64,000 bases of DNA from Carcharhinus amblyrhynchos (GCA_965287045.1 OZ336877.1:5332001-5396000); one strand, 5' to 3'. Shown: positions 13,040-26,188, counted from the first letter of the stretch. A program made the numbers and translations. Notes: a model not told the origin generated them from the letters alone.

Positions 13040-13785
13040 ACCTGTCATTCAGTTCAAGTACCACTCTGCAGACTCGAGAACACAGCCTAGGCTACACTTC
13101 AGTAACGTACTGAGGGAGCTCTGCACCAGACGTGCCACCTTTTGATGAGATATTAAACGTACTTTTACATCTCCCCTCTCTGGAACTCAAAATATCCCAC
13201 GATACTATTCAAAGAACAGAGTGGTTCTTACAGCAACTTCACTGGTGTTTAATCCAAAATCGTCAAGAAAATATCTGGTGCTCATTTCCTAACCGTTTGA
13301 AGAGCTTGGCTGTGTACATATTGGCAGTCTTTTTTTTATTCATTCATGGGATGTCACTGGCTACACCAGTAATTAATGCTCATCCCTAATTGCCCTTGAA
13401 CCGAGTGGCTTGCTAATCCATTTCCAAATCAACCACATTGCTGTGGCTCTGGAGTCACGTATAGGCCAGATAAGCCAAGGACAGATTTCCTTACCTAAAT
13501 GACATGAGTGAACCAGATTGATTTTTATAATAATTGACAATGGTTTAATGGTCACCATTTAGACTTCTAATTCCAATTTATTTTAAATTTACTTCAAGTT
13601 CCATGAATGTTACCCTGGGTCTGTGGATAACTAATCAATGACAATTTCACTGCACTATCGCCTCCCCAACAACTTTGCAATGTTACAACAGTGACTGCAC
13701 TTCAAGAAGCACTTCATTGGCTGGAAATCACTTTGGGGTGTCTTCAGTGCATGGCAGACTACAAAAACGTAGGTTCTTTCTTCTT
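13040..13785 (+). mobile_element. Deu-domain SINE containing a nested antisense SINE
   Basis: gtactgagggagctctgcac, gatgagatattaaacg, and tail acaacagtgactgcacttcaagaagcacttcattggctg; interrupted at 13328-13668. Confidence 0.65.
13328..13668 (-). mobile_element. SINE sharing the GCAATTAGGGATG LINE tail
   Basis: tttttttattcattcatgggatg..catccctaattgcccttga..gagtcacgtataggccaga, ending in a reversed head (actatcgcctccc). Confidence 0.7.
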
Positions 13786-13879
13786 TTCGAAGTTTTCTCA
13801 ATATGTGTAGAAAAATTCAAAATCTCCCCTTCACATTCAGCTTATTTTCTCAGTTGGGCTAAATGCTCTTTTGGATTAG

Positions 13880-14350
13880 TCTCTCTCCCTGTTAACCCTC
13901 CCTCTCACCAACAGCACTTCCTGTTTGCCAACCCTCGAGGTTATCGGCTCTTTCAGACACTCTGACATTCCCTCTTGGTGCATCTCCAGTTTACGGCCTG
14001 CCTCCATAAACCTGCGACGCGTAGTTATGCTGGCTCTGAAGCTACTCTTCCGGCTTTGCACCACTATCTTCTGCACCCTCACTCATGGTGATGGTTTAGG
14101 CGAGGGAAACAGCAAGTGGGAAAGGTGGGGAACAGGAAGTTTGGTGAGAGGGAAGGCTGCAGGTGCTACCTGCAGGTCTGCAAAAGGGAGAATGGCCAAA
14201 AGGGATCAACATCGAATGGAAGGATCAGGGAGCGAGAAACGTGGCAAGCAGGAGGTGCGGCAAGCACAACTGGTGGTGCCTTGGAGAGCCAGGGAGCAGG
14301 AAAGGCCAGAGTGTCAGTGGATGGGAGAGACAGTAGGCAGAAGGCAAGTA
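13880..14350 (-). mobile_element. Possible Harbinger second-ORF (Myb/SANT partner) remnant
   Basis: GC-richer block; minus ORF RRRFMEAGRKLEMHQEGMSECL has a coiled-coil character like the C-terminus of Harbinger accessory proteins. No diagnostic motif was seen. Confidence 0.3.
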
Positions 14351-17334
14351 GAAATAGCTAGCGTTAAAAAAATACAAGCTATTTAATTTAGGAGTATAGG
14401 AATTTGTCAATATAAAGTATTTCAGCTTACAAGATATAATGCTGTAACGCTTTCGTCTGACAAAAGAAGTCCTATAGAATCTAATTGCAGCTTTACTTAT
14501 TTCTGATGAGAACATCTTATTCACTTAATGTTGTTTCATTTAACATTTTCACGAATGCAACTACAATGTTAGGTGGGGGGAAGAGAGAGAGAGACAGGAA
14601 ACTTATGAACATTTTTACTTTTGGTGAAGCACCTACAGAGGGATATTTTGGAAAGGGAACCTGCTATTTATTTTACCCCACTCTGCACACCAACTAAGTC
14701 TCTCAGGGTGAAAGATCTGCTCACAAGCCTCCTCCATCATAATTTTAAGATTAGTTGCAAGGTGTTCAAGATTGGCTAGAGCTTAGCTTTTCCTCCTCCT
14801 CTGCAAGGAAGAGCTTGGCCTTCACTTCACAATACTAACAACTGCAACTCCACATGTGGGAGAAATCTCAGTGAATCCTGGTACACCACTTCACTGGATA
14901 GCAATGCTCCCCTTTAAATGAAATTTCAATAGAACTTCAGACGCAAGAAAAAAATTAATCTAAAGACATTTCTCTTGAAAGAAATGTTTTGCTCTCCCTT
15001 TTTATGACTTACTCTTATTTTTTGATGTACACCAAGGCAACTTTCCCCAAAAAGCCCCAATAATCTTCCTTTATAACTAAATGCAATTATACATCCCCTT
15101 CTCCATCTCTCTCCATTTTAGGGAAAGTCAACCTCTTTGCTCAGTGATTAGCCCAATAATGTGAGAATGCATCTCTTGGGAAATTGCAGCTGTTACCCTT
15201 TGTTCTTTGTCTCAATAACGAGTCAAAATTCCCAAATAATGGAGAATATTATTCATCAAAATTCAAACGGTTCAATATTAAGGTGTGTGTAACCGGTCAC
15301 GCTAATCCTGCAGACATGAGTAGAAACACGCTAATGTTATGATGTAAAATCTGGTTGATAACAGCGCAGAAATCTGCTACCCGACCAGTAAAGTATCACG
15401 TTACTGGCCCCTCCTGGATTATTTGTTCCCTGCTAATAATTTTCAAGGGAAAGCTGGTTTAATAACTGCAAGGGATAGAACTGTCAGTTGCTATGGGCTC
15501 ACAGATGGTCAAACAAAATCTAAAGACAATTTAAATTGGCAGGGTGGGTATGATTTTACCGAGGAAAATGCTGTGCCTAATTTAAAAAGATTGATGGCTC
15601 CATTTGTATTACAAATTAGACACATATAAATTGAATTTTCCAGAATGAGCAGCTAATATTGTCAGGTACAACACTAATCATATGTGAATTTTATGCAGAA
15701 ACTGAGAAGCAGTTGATCCTGACAGGATGCATTAGTGCCAATGCAGTGCCTATCATTTGTGTACCCGCTATCAGCAAAGCAAGCAAACATATGTAAAGAT
15801 AAAGTACACTGAGTATATTAAGCATGACCTTCAATAGAATTTGAAGAACATTAAAATAGCATGCTTCTTAGAATATCAGTTCTGAAGTATAATAGTCACA
15901 AATTGGGCACTGCTCTTTTTTCAGAGCTATTTGTTCAAATATAAGTGAGGTCCTTCAAAGCTAAAGTTCCCACTAATCTGAGTTTTAAATTTAATTTTGA
16001 AGCAACCATGTTTTATGTTTTTTTTTACAAGTGAACTATTAATAATAATGTAAACCGTTGTACCATAAAATAGATACGGTTGAGGAATAAGAAATGCAGT
16101 TTGCTAAAATTCCCATTAACATGTAACTTTAAAAAAAAATGAACTTCCCAGCAAAAAATGGAGAGAATTACACATGGTTTTATGCTTTAAGACTCTTACT
16201 GTAAAAAAAAATCAACATAGACTAAACGTTACATAGTAAGCAGCTAACACACTAAATGACAAAAAAGGTCATCTCCCCATAAACTAATTAAAACAGTTAG
16301 AAACCGCATGGCACCTTTATATATTACACAATACTCTCAGCATATATTTATAGTTCAAGTCCCAAATTCTTCCTGACTATTCAACTGGTTCGCTTCTCCA
16401 TGCTGCACCAGGGCAAGTCTTCCTGTGTCCTTTTCAATCATCGAAGCACCCTCTGGCAACTCCTTTGTCTTTAAACTTCAATAAGTTCAATCCCTTCAAA
16501 CAGGAATCCATTCTCACCAGTATCCCACTTGATGGTTAAAACACAGGTGATCAATGAAAGGCATCAACTGCTTTCAGTCTTCCATCCACTCTTGTCTGTC
16601 ATCAAGACCAGCTGTCCCTCTTTTGTGCCAAAGTATGAAAACTAGCATTAGAGTTTCTGTGAGTTTCAATCTGAGCCTCTGTCCCCATAACAACTGAATC
16701 ACATGTCTCTGGGCAGATGTTAGCATGATTTCACACCATCCCCCATTCCAAGACATGCTCTTTTGCTTCCAATTATAAGAGACAGTTTGAAACATAACCG
16801 ACTTGTTAAGTCTCGCATTCATAACAAGCTAGTTAAGAACATATCGCTATTAAATTATCAGTATAATGATCACGGCTTTTCATTAGAACTTCTGGACTAT
16901 ATTAACTTTTCCTTTTGAAGGCAAAATATTTTCTGCCAAAACACAAGGATTCTCTCATGTATAACCTGCTCAGCAGCTGCAAAGTAAAACTGCAGAAACC
17001 TAGACGTAGATCACCCCCCCCCGGACATTGTGGAAGGGAGTGCCTTTTTATTATTATTGGCTGTCTTGCAATTCAAAGAGGACATCTACTGCGGTTCGCA
17101 AGATTCTGCCATGGGTCTTCTTGTGAGCAAACAGGCCGATTTTCAAGCCATGGGCCTTTGGACACATGGGATGGAATATCCCATGATGGAGCGGGATCCA
17201 GGGTGTAAAACTCATTTCCTTTTCTTTCTCTGTTACTACTCTGACTCATCATTAAGAAGGTATGAATCAAAACATGATGCAGCTTGACTGACAAGCTGTC
17301 TCCATTTTGAACAATTGGTAGCAAGTTTCCCAGT

Positions 17335-18900
17335 TATTAATATCAATGCTATTGCATTTCAGGGAGAGCTTCAGAATATCTTCGAAGCATTTTCTTTGTC
17401 TGCCCCTGGAATGCTGGCCTTTTGAGAAAGCAGGACATGGAGGCTTGGGGCTACTTACCCTTCAGCCATTCAGACAGTGATCAGCCCATCAAAGTTGATT
17501 TTGCAGGAGTTTTGCTTCAATGCTTGTGGAGCTGATTTTGAGATTGACACCAGAGTTTGTTCGACAGTCCTCCGACCGAAGCATTGCTGGTGGAATTTCT
17601 CTAACTCTCTTACGTGTCACTAATACAATCCTGGGCTCACTGCAACTGCAATGTAGGGGCTTGGTGATGGCAGCTGCTCAAAAGCTGCTGTTGACTTGTA
17701 CAGTCTTTGTTGTCAAACACTCGCAACCATAGTTTATAGAAGGCTGACCTGGCCCAGTTGGATCTCCTCATTAATTGCGGCCTTCTGAGAGAGATGGCTG
17801 CCAAGGTATGGGAAGAGCTCGATATATTCTAGAGTCCCTCGTTCAACATATACGGGAGATGAAATTCTTGGCGTGGGCTGATCTGAGAGTTTTGTTTTGG
17901 CTGAGTTTTGTATTCAGAATTGAGGTTGAGAAGGAAAGAGCTCGACACTGCAATCGTCTGATAACAGTAGATCGTATTTGCCTACGGTGGTCACTTCAGT
18001 TTTACCACAGAGGCGATGGAGCTCAAAGCGTTTTCCACCTAGCTATTATGTAAAACTGACATCAGAGATCAGTTTATCTATGAGGTGAATAGGTATTGTC
18101 AAGTAGATAGTAAATAGTACAGGGGCGGTCAAAGAGCCTTGCTTGAACCCTGTCCAAATTTTGATGGTGTTTCTTTCAGATTGCCAATTCAAAGCAGCAG
18201 CAATCATATCATCTTGAAGCATTTGGGGGATTGTGAAGAAGTTTCTTGATTATCCAATCCTTTGTAGCATAATCCAGGTTGGCCAGGTTGATAAATGCAA
18301 CAAGAGTTCCTGGCATTGTCCTTGACATTTTTCTTGGATTTGTCCGGCAACAAAGACGTATAAAGCCAAATTGTGTCTCTGGGCGGATTACCTCAGCCAC
18401 AAGCAGCAGTTGATTCAGGAGCATGCATGTCACATTTTTTCCCGCTACAGACAAAAGAGAAATACCTTGATAATCTGCGCAGCGTGATTTATTTCTGGCC
18501 TTGAAGACAGTTATCAATTGTCATTTCCTGAAGTTATTTTTCATCACAAAGTCATAGGATGAATGCATGGAGTCCTGATGTGAGCAGAAAGTTCTCAATG
18601 GCAGAAAAGGTGAAGGAAGACTGCGTATTTCACCAACAGCAAAAGCAGGAGGTGGTTGCATTCATCACAATTTGGTTACCAACCCATCAAGATCATGTTA
18701 TAATGTCCGCACTCCAAGGTAACCATTTAAAACAAAATCACATGCAGGCCACATTTGCCAAGTCTTGTGGTGATGGAAACTTCTTGACAGGGTTGTGAAC
18801 CTTGGAGCCTCTCCTCAACAACTGCACACAAGCAACAGATCCATGAAGGTTGGTGGACATAGATGTTGGGACAGCGAGATCTATATGCAGCTTCATTCGC
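17335..18900 (-). mobile_element. RTE-clade LINE remnant
   Basis: ORF 18209-18517 CADYQGISLLSVAGK..LLNQLL..RPETQFGF; downstream gggttcaagcaaggctc (GVKQG motif) on the minus strand; many stops. Confidence 0.85.
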
Positions 18901-20189
18901 AATTCAGTAGTCTCTTTATAGGCAGTGGAAAATAACCAAAGCTCAGCAGAGTAAATAAACAGCACCATGTATTTTTTCATTCAGTCTGCTGGCAATTTAA
19001 AATATCCATGAACTTTGCATATGATTTGAAAAGACTGAATTTTCCAGTAAAAAAAATGGAGACCCCAATTTCATTATCTATGCACAATTACAAAATCTCA
19101 AGATACGCATTGTCAAAAATGAACCAGAGGCAAAATTGCTCTTTTTATGAATTCACTCTTCAAACTTTATGTAGTCTGTAAGCAGCATTATCAATTTCTA
19201 ATCCACAAGGTTTCTTCTATTGTTTGGGAAAAAGACTGTAATCAAAAGGTCTCTCCCTTTCTCTCATCACCACCCATCTCCAAACCTTTTAATTTGTGAC
19301 TACCACCAGAACTATGTCCATAAAAATTTGGTGAAGACTGTGTCTCCCACTGACAGCATTTTAAAAAGGATTAAAGCTCATATTTAACTGGACACACTTC
19401 CAACATGCCAAGAAAAATGTTAGAATCTCTAACTGCTTGCATTCGCTTCAACAACAGAAGACAAATTTCAGGAATATTTTATTGAGCACAAAACAAGAAT
19501 ATTGTCAGAAACAAATATTAAATCTACCCAGAGTGTAATAAATAGGTCAATGATTTAGAAAGCCCCACTGGAGATGATGAGATGAGCTAGCTTTATTAAA
19601 TAATTCCAAAATAGCTTGACTGGGAAAAATTACTATTAAGGTTTAAAGGTGTACACGTTGCCAAGAGGCAAGATTATTCTCCCCAGGCACAGTAACTGTG
19701 GCAGCTGGCACGGCAAAGTGAAAACCTAAATTAACATGAGGAATACAGGCCAGGGAATGAGTAAAAGATTGCACCGAAGTTCTCCAACAACAGTGAGAGG
19801 ACAATGATGACTCAGTTAGGTGCTAAGAAAAAAAATCTAATAACCAAAATCAGATTTAATGCGGATACCATCTGATTAAAATTACTCCATTTAACAGTGC
19901 TGTACATCTCAATTCACCTGGAATACAATGCGTAACTGCAACCTGAACTCAGTTATGTGCTTAACTGGTTTGAATCCTTTTCAGTTCAATCTTTCTTTAT
20001 AGGCAGACGTTCCAAAATAAATTCAGCATGCTACTCAGGTACATTCTGCTCGGGCAAAGAGAAGGAGTTTTACATTGCATGATACACATGTACAACACTT
20101 CATAAAAACTGAATTGTGTCACTGAGTTCATGAAGAAACTCATTCAATTTAATTTAAATATTCATTGCATATTAATGTCAATGCTTAAA

Positions 20190-20950
20190 TAGTGCTGGGT
20201 CCTTTGCTACTCATACTGTTTATCAATGATCTGAAAATGGGTACTCAGAGATGATTGATAACAACTGCCAATGCTGACAAGGTCTGATGGATTGTAAACA
20301 ATTAAAGCACATTAATCAGGTGTAGAGAAAATCTAGGATTGGGAAAATAAGACTAGGTAAATGGCAACTGAGCTTCAAAGTCAGCAAATGCAAAATCATG
20401 ACAGTAGAGAAGCAGAATAAATATTGGGCCTAAATAGTATTAGTCTGCATGAGAGCCAGGAACAGGACTATTGACAGGCAACTCATAGAAACTGTTTGCA
20501 ACAGTGCATGGCAGCAGTTCAAATAATAGGCACATAGGATCTGGGTCGTACAGGATTATGGAACAAAATGTACACAGGATATGATACCAAACCTATGTTA
20601 ATGCACTAACGTGAACGAATGTTCCGTTCTGGTTTGCAATATTACATAACGTTCATTGTAGCTTTGGAGAAGGTTGGCCTGACTGAACTGTTAAGTTGAC
20701 ACAGATGATAGAGAAACTGCTTATGCTACATTTGTTGACATCAGAGAAGACTGAGGTAACCTTGTTGAAGTGTTTAAGATTCTTAAAAATATTGGGAAGT
20801 GGAATACTAAGAAGCTGCTTATTAAAGCCAAAGAAATGCTATTGAGGGAAAATGAATGAGCAAATTAGTTTAACAAGAGAATAGTTATGGTGCAATACCC
20901 AAGTGACTGAAGTCAATAATGTTAGCAATTTAAGGAGCAGTTGGAAAAGC
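20190..20950 (+). mobile_element. Old CR1 LINE 3' fragment
   Basis: gtgctgggtcctttgctactcatactgtttatcaatgatctg (VLGPLLLILFINDL), aaatggcaactgagcttc..aaatgcaaaatcatg, and ttggagaaggtt. Confidence 0.7.
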
Positions 20951-22873
20951 AAGCCAGCAAATCAAATTAAGAGATCTAGATCTATCAGTACAGAAGAGAA
21001 TTATGTATACATTTTGAATTCTGGGAATGTGAGATGGACCAAGTTGCTGGATCCTGGGTACATGCTTTCCTATGCTCTTCAGGTTCCCTCAAGCCTTAGC
21101 TGGTTAAAGTACAGGGTAGGTGAACAAATCAGACAGGGAGAGTCCCAGGTTTGAACAATTTTAGGTTTTTAAATTCTTCCCCGGTCTCAAGCTAAGAAAA
21201 TGAGGCTTTTTTACCTTACTATTGCTCACTGATCCCTGCGCAAAGTGTTGTGGATATCAAGTGAAACAACTTATGGTTGAGGCTGAAATGCAACCATCCC
21301 TGCAATCCAGCTGCGTGTCCAATCTCTCTCTTACACATATACATTTATGAAAGGCACCAAAGCTTTAACATTGAATCAGGCAGGAAGAAGTATTAACACG
21401 AATAACATGCAAAATGTCCTGTTTATACAGTGACAGGTCATTTGTATTTCGATCCAGATTATGACAGTGTTATCCTATATCAGGCGTTCAACAATCGGTT
21501 TAAAAAAAAGTGCATTCTGTAAAAAAGATTTTTTGCATGATAAAAATCTGTTATAGATTTCAATTGTTTAGTTACCTTCAGTGTGGCAGTGCAATTAACT
21601 TGTGAGTATTTCAGACAACTACCCAGGGTCTTCATTTGGCTGCTAAACTCAAAATTCGAGGTTTAAAATGTCTTGGCTTTCACTGCATAATTACATTCCT
21701 GAGAATTATATGTTAATCCTTTAATTGATAAAGGGATGTGTCTATAGGTCGTTCAGACTTGACACACTTCATCAGTTTAAGTTACTTTCAAATATTAAAA
21801 TTGGGCTGGCAATTGTTAAAACATTAAGTGCAGACAGCATAGCCAAAAGGCCTTTACAGATGATAAACTTAGATAAAGGTGTCATCAAAAAGTCACACAC
21901 CTCAATTACTTTAAAGACCATCTTGCCTGTGCAAAACTGTTTCTATTATCTAGAAAGGATGGTTTCTGTAGCAGAATGGTTCAACAGGAAATGAATCATT
22001 ACTAGGTACAGATTGCTTATATTCCAGCTGAACTCTGGGACTGTGATTCACGCACCTGAATTCAAAATTATCCATCCTACGTAATCTAAATCATGTTTTC
22101 TCATCCAATCTTCATTTTGTAACACCTTTGCAACTGAACCAGGTTATATTTTTCACCCACGCTTTCCACACAAGTAATTGGCTGAATGCTTAAGTGCAAC
22201 TTTGGTCGCAGGAAAACATAGCAATCCCACACTCCTGGACCACCAACACTCCCACTCCTCTCAGAGCAGAAATGGGAAGTTTTTGTTTCTCATCTGTGTG
22301 GATACTGCTCAGGCAAACAGTATATTTCAGTGCTTCAAAATCCTAGCACTAAAACATTTCCTCAGTTTCTAAATCTAATTTTGATAATTACAAATCTGGG
22401 GTGCCCAAATTATGTGCTCATGCTTGCTCTATTTGGGAGCCGTATATTCTAGTCTCATTTCTTTGTCCTTTTCACAAATTATTCATTATATTTCTACTTT
22501 GGTTGTACATCCAACAACTTTTGAGCATCCTGATTGACAAAATTTCAGTAGTTACTTGCAGTCATGGCTAGTGGAATGGAGAGGGTACTTCCATTGGTCA
22601 CGTGATTTCTGCAGGCATTTTAGTTAATGAGGAGGAGTATGAAATTTAAGATGCAATAAGCATAACAATAAAGAAAGGGCTGGAGGGACTGACATCCTTG
22701 AGAGTGGATATATCACCAGGGTTGGGTGGACTTCATCTCAGGCTATTACTGGAAGCCGGGGAGGGATATAGTGGATGCCCTGAGGATCATTTTTCAATCC
22801 TCACTAGATACAGAGTATTGGAGGTCTGCAAAATTTGAACAATTGATTAAAAATGGTGTGACGTGTAAGCCAA

Positions 22874-23868
22874 TGTCAAGAAGCAGAATAGTTTTAAGTG
22901 ATCTATGTTAGCAGTGTTGGGTAATAGAAATAAGGTATAGATTTAAGGGGGTTTAATTTAGTGTTTCTGTATAAGGGTAAAACTCTAGTTAACTTCATGT
23001 TAAACAAAAGTGATGGCATGTATGAGCTTTCTAGTTTCATTTTAAGCTCCCTCTCTCTTTCTATTGTGCTTGGAGAGTGTACAACGTGAAAAGTAAACAA
23101 AAGCCTGGAAAAAGAATGTGCTGTTGCTTAGCAACCATCGGCCATCTTTTGGTAAAAGACGAGGTGTTATTAGTTCAGTTGGAGTCAGACAGCAGGAGTT
23201 TGGCAGTTAGAGAGAAATCAGCAGTCTCAGCCCTCCAGAAGCAGAAGTAGAAGAATGGAGTAATGGGCAAGAACACAAGTCCCAGAAACTAAAGGGCATT
23301 TAGTCCTAGAAACCAGGGAATGAAAAAATAAATTCCCAGAAACTGAAGTTAAAGGAACAAGAGCGGTACGGTGGCACAGTGGCTAGTACTGCGGCCTCAC
23401 AGCACTCGGGACCCAGGTTCGATTCCCGGCTTGGGTCACAGTCTGTGTGGAGTTTGCACATTCTCCCCGTGTCTGCATGGGTTTCCTCCCACAGACCAAA
23501 GATGTGCGTGCGGATCAGGTTAATTGGTCATGCTAAATTGCCCCTTAGTGTTGGGGGTCTAGCAGATTAAATACGTGGGGCTGGGTAGGGTTGTGGTCGG
23601 TGCAGACTTCTACACTGTAGGGATTCTACAACTAGAACTGGAATGGGTACTGTTCATTGAAGTTAAAGACAGAGCTGAAAAGATCAAACCTGCTGAAGAT
23701 GGCTTGTGAGAAACCAGAGATATCTAAGATTGGTGCCATCTTATTACAACCTGTGAAGTAAAATTTGAGGCCATTGTGAAGCAATTGGTGGCTGGATTGA
23801 ATGCTGCCTTTAGAACCGAGGTTCTGGGACTTTCCTGTCCTGGAGTAACAGCAACTGGGATCGTAACA
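22874..23868. mobile_element. Solo LTR with 4-bp TSD CCAA
   Basis: Starts TGTCAAGA, ends TCGTAACA (6/8 inverted match); flanked by ccaa at 22870-22873 and 23869-23872; CR1 is continuous across it. Confidence 0.8.
23361..23627 (+). mobile_element. HE1/V-SINE nested in the LTR
   Basis: tRNA-like A/B boxes (gtggcacagtgg, ggttcgattcc), V core gtgtggagtttgcacattctccccgtgtctgc, tail ctgtagggattct; flanked by acaa/acaa. Confidence 0.9.
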
Positions 23869-26038
23869 CCAAAGAATAACATAGGATGGTCAATCTGATT
23901 CAGTGGTAGGAAAATTTTTAGAATCAATTCTGAGAGTCAGGATAAACTATCACTTAGAAAGACACAGATTAATCAGGGATTGTCAGCATGGTTTTCTTAA
24001 GGGAAGGTCATGTGTTACTAGAATAATTTAATTTTTTGAGGAAGTAACGAGTAGGACGAGGTGGGTCATGCAGTGAATGTGGTCCACGTGGATTTTAATA
24101 AGGCATCTTACAAGATCCCACATGGCAGACTGATCAAAAAAATTAAAATCCAGGGGATACAAAGGAATGTGGCAAGTTGGACTCAAAATTGGCTCAGTGA
24201 CAGAAAGCAAAGAGTAATGACTGATCGATGTTTTAGCGAAAGGAAAGAACCTTCCAGTGGCATTCCACCAGGCTGTGTTGGGTCCCTTGTTTGTTGGTAT
24301 ATATTAATGGTTTGGACTTAAATGTGGGAAATTGATTGACTGGGAAATTTGCCGATGACACAAAAATTGGCCATGTAATTGATAGTGAAGAGCATAGCGG
24401 TGGACTCCAGAATGATATCAATGAGTGGGCAGGGGAGTGGCAGATGGAATTCAATCTGGAAAGGGTGAGGTGATGCATGTTGTGAGGGCAAACAAAGCAA
24501 GGGAATCCTCAATAAATGGGAAGATATTGAGACGGTTACGGGAAATAAGGGACCTTGGAGTGCATGTCTATGGGTCGCTGAAGGTGGTGAGACAAGTAGA
24601 TAAGGCGGTAGAGATAGCATTTGGAGTGCTTTTCATTACTGGATGACATATTGAATATAGAAGCAACAATGTAATGCTGGAACTGTATGAAACACTTAGG
24701 CCATTGCTTGAGTTTTGCATACAGTTCTGATCACTACACTGCAGAAGGAACATAAATACTCTGGAGAGAGGGCACAGAAAAAACTTACAAGAATGTTGCT
24801 AGGGCTGAAAAATTGCAGCTATGAGGAAAGATTGGATATTCGAGAGTTGTTTTCATTAGAATAGAGAAGGCTGAGGGTTTAATTTGATTGAGGTGTACAA
24901 AATTATGAAGGGCTAGGTAAGATTAGGCAGGAGGGATCTGTTTCCCCTAGCACAGAGGTCAGTTACTGAGGGACACAGATTTAAGATGATTGGTAGAAAT
25001 ATTAGAGGGGTTATTAGAAGAATATTTTCACCCAGAGGACGGTGGGTGTCTGGAATTCATAGCCTGCATTAATGGCTGAGACAAAATCCTCAACCCTTTT
25101 AAAAGATGTCTGGATTTGCATCTGAGGTGCTGTAACCTGCAAGGCTATGAACTTGATGCAGCTAGAATTGCCTCTTTCTCTGCTGTAACTTTCCTATGGT
25201 TCTATTATTTAGTGCTGTGTAAACAGCAGAGGCTGCTCCACTGATAAAAAAAATTAATGAAACCTACAAGTACTGCTTTCAGTACAAAAAAATCTAAAAC
25301 AATACTGGTTTCAGATGAAATATGAAGTATAATGGAATGGATACATTATATATTAGCACAAATGGCAATGCTGTTCACAAATTCAAGGTTGACTAAGGAA
25401 TGCATGCATGTGGAGAAAAGTACTAATAGAGGGAAAAGATGTTTGGAAAACTCCTGAACAGCGTAAAACACACATTCAAGATTTAATCCTTACTTGATGC
25501 CATGCTCGATGTTAGTACAGGCGCTACACACAGCTTCTGCTGCACTGTACTGGGGGCAAGGAAAAATCACCTAAGCTTTCCACTTCTGAACCTTTTGCAA
25601 ACACCCCTTCTCGACCTTGTAAACGGACACTGAGCGAGGTCACAATTGCACTTGGCTGTGACGTCCCTCTCAACTTAGTGTCGAGATTCGCACACAGGAA
25701 TGGCCCCACGGGGTAGGTAATGGAGAACAACCACTGCCTGAGGCTCATACTGTTGCAAACAGGAAAGGAAAAGAGGAAAATGTTCATTGCAAAACCCCTT
25801 GTTAAGCAAACAGCTGGTGCTGCAAAAGCCACCATGGTGATAATTGGTCAAAAACATAGCAACACGAATGAAGGCTTATTCACCTTCAGTTATGTCAACC
25901 AAACAAGCCTAAATAATGAGGAACTTATCTCCCAACATTGTTACAAATACCAATAAGATGGAAACTTTTACTGGCAGTTTTAATTTACAAAAAGACACGT
26001 TCTTAAAAAAACAAGTAGATGAAAGAAAGCTGACTTAC

Positions 26039-26188
26039 CCACTAGCCAGATTGAGGAGTTCCTGTTTTTCAGCCACATTCGATTTTTCTTCCAGTTCCCA
26101 CAACAGCACATTGACGAGGTGAGAATTCTTGATAATAATGGGCACTTCTTCAAACATATTCTCAGAAGTAATGAGTGCCTTCTTTATT
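26039..26188 (-). CDS. EIF3H: EIF3H internal exon (150 bp; equivalent to exon 5)
   Basis: Encodes (G)[49 protein letters not shown](G), homologous to eIF3h; acceptor ctAG at 26192-26189, donor GTAAGT from 26038; phase matches the previous exon. Confidence 0.97.

Larger units (their letters stand above)
22640..25205 (+). mobile_element. CR1 LINE (RT to 3' end), interrupted by a solo LTR
   Basis: ORF fragments GHAVNVVHVDFNKASYKIPHGRLIKK..WLSDRKQRV and KFADDTK (aaatttgccgatgacacaaaa); 3' tail ttcctatggttcta. Confidence 0.9.

Noticed and set aside
23361-23430. tRNA gene (A and B boxes present)
   Set aside because: It is the tRNA-derived head of a SINE and continues straight into the V-SINE core.
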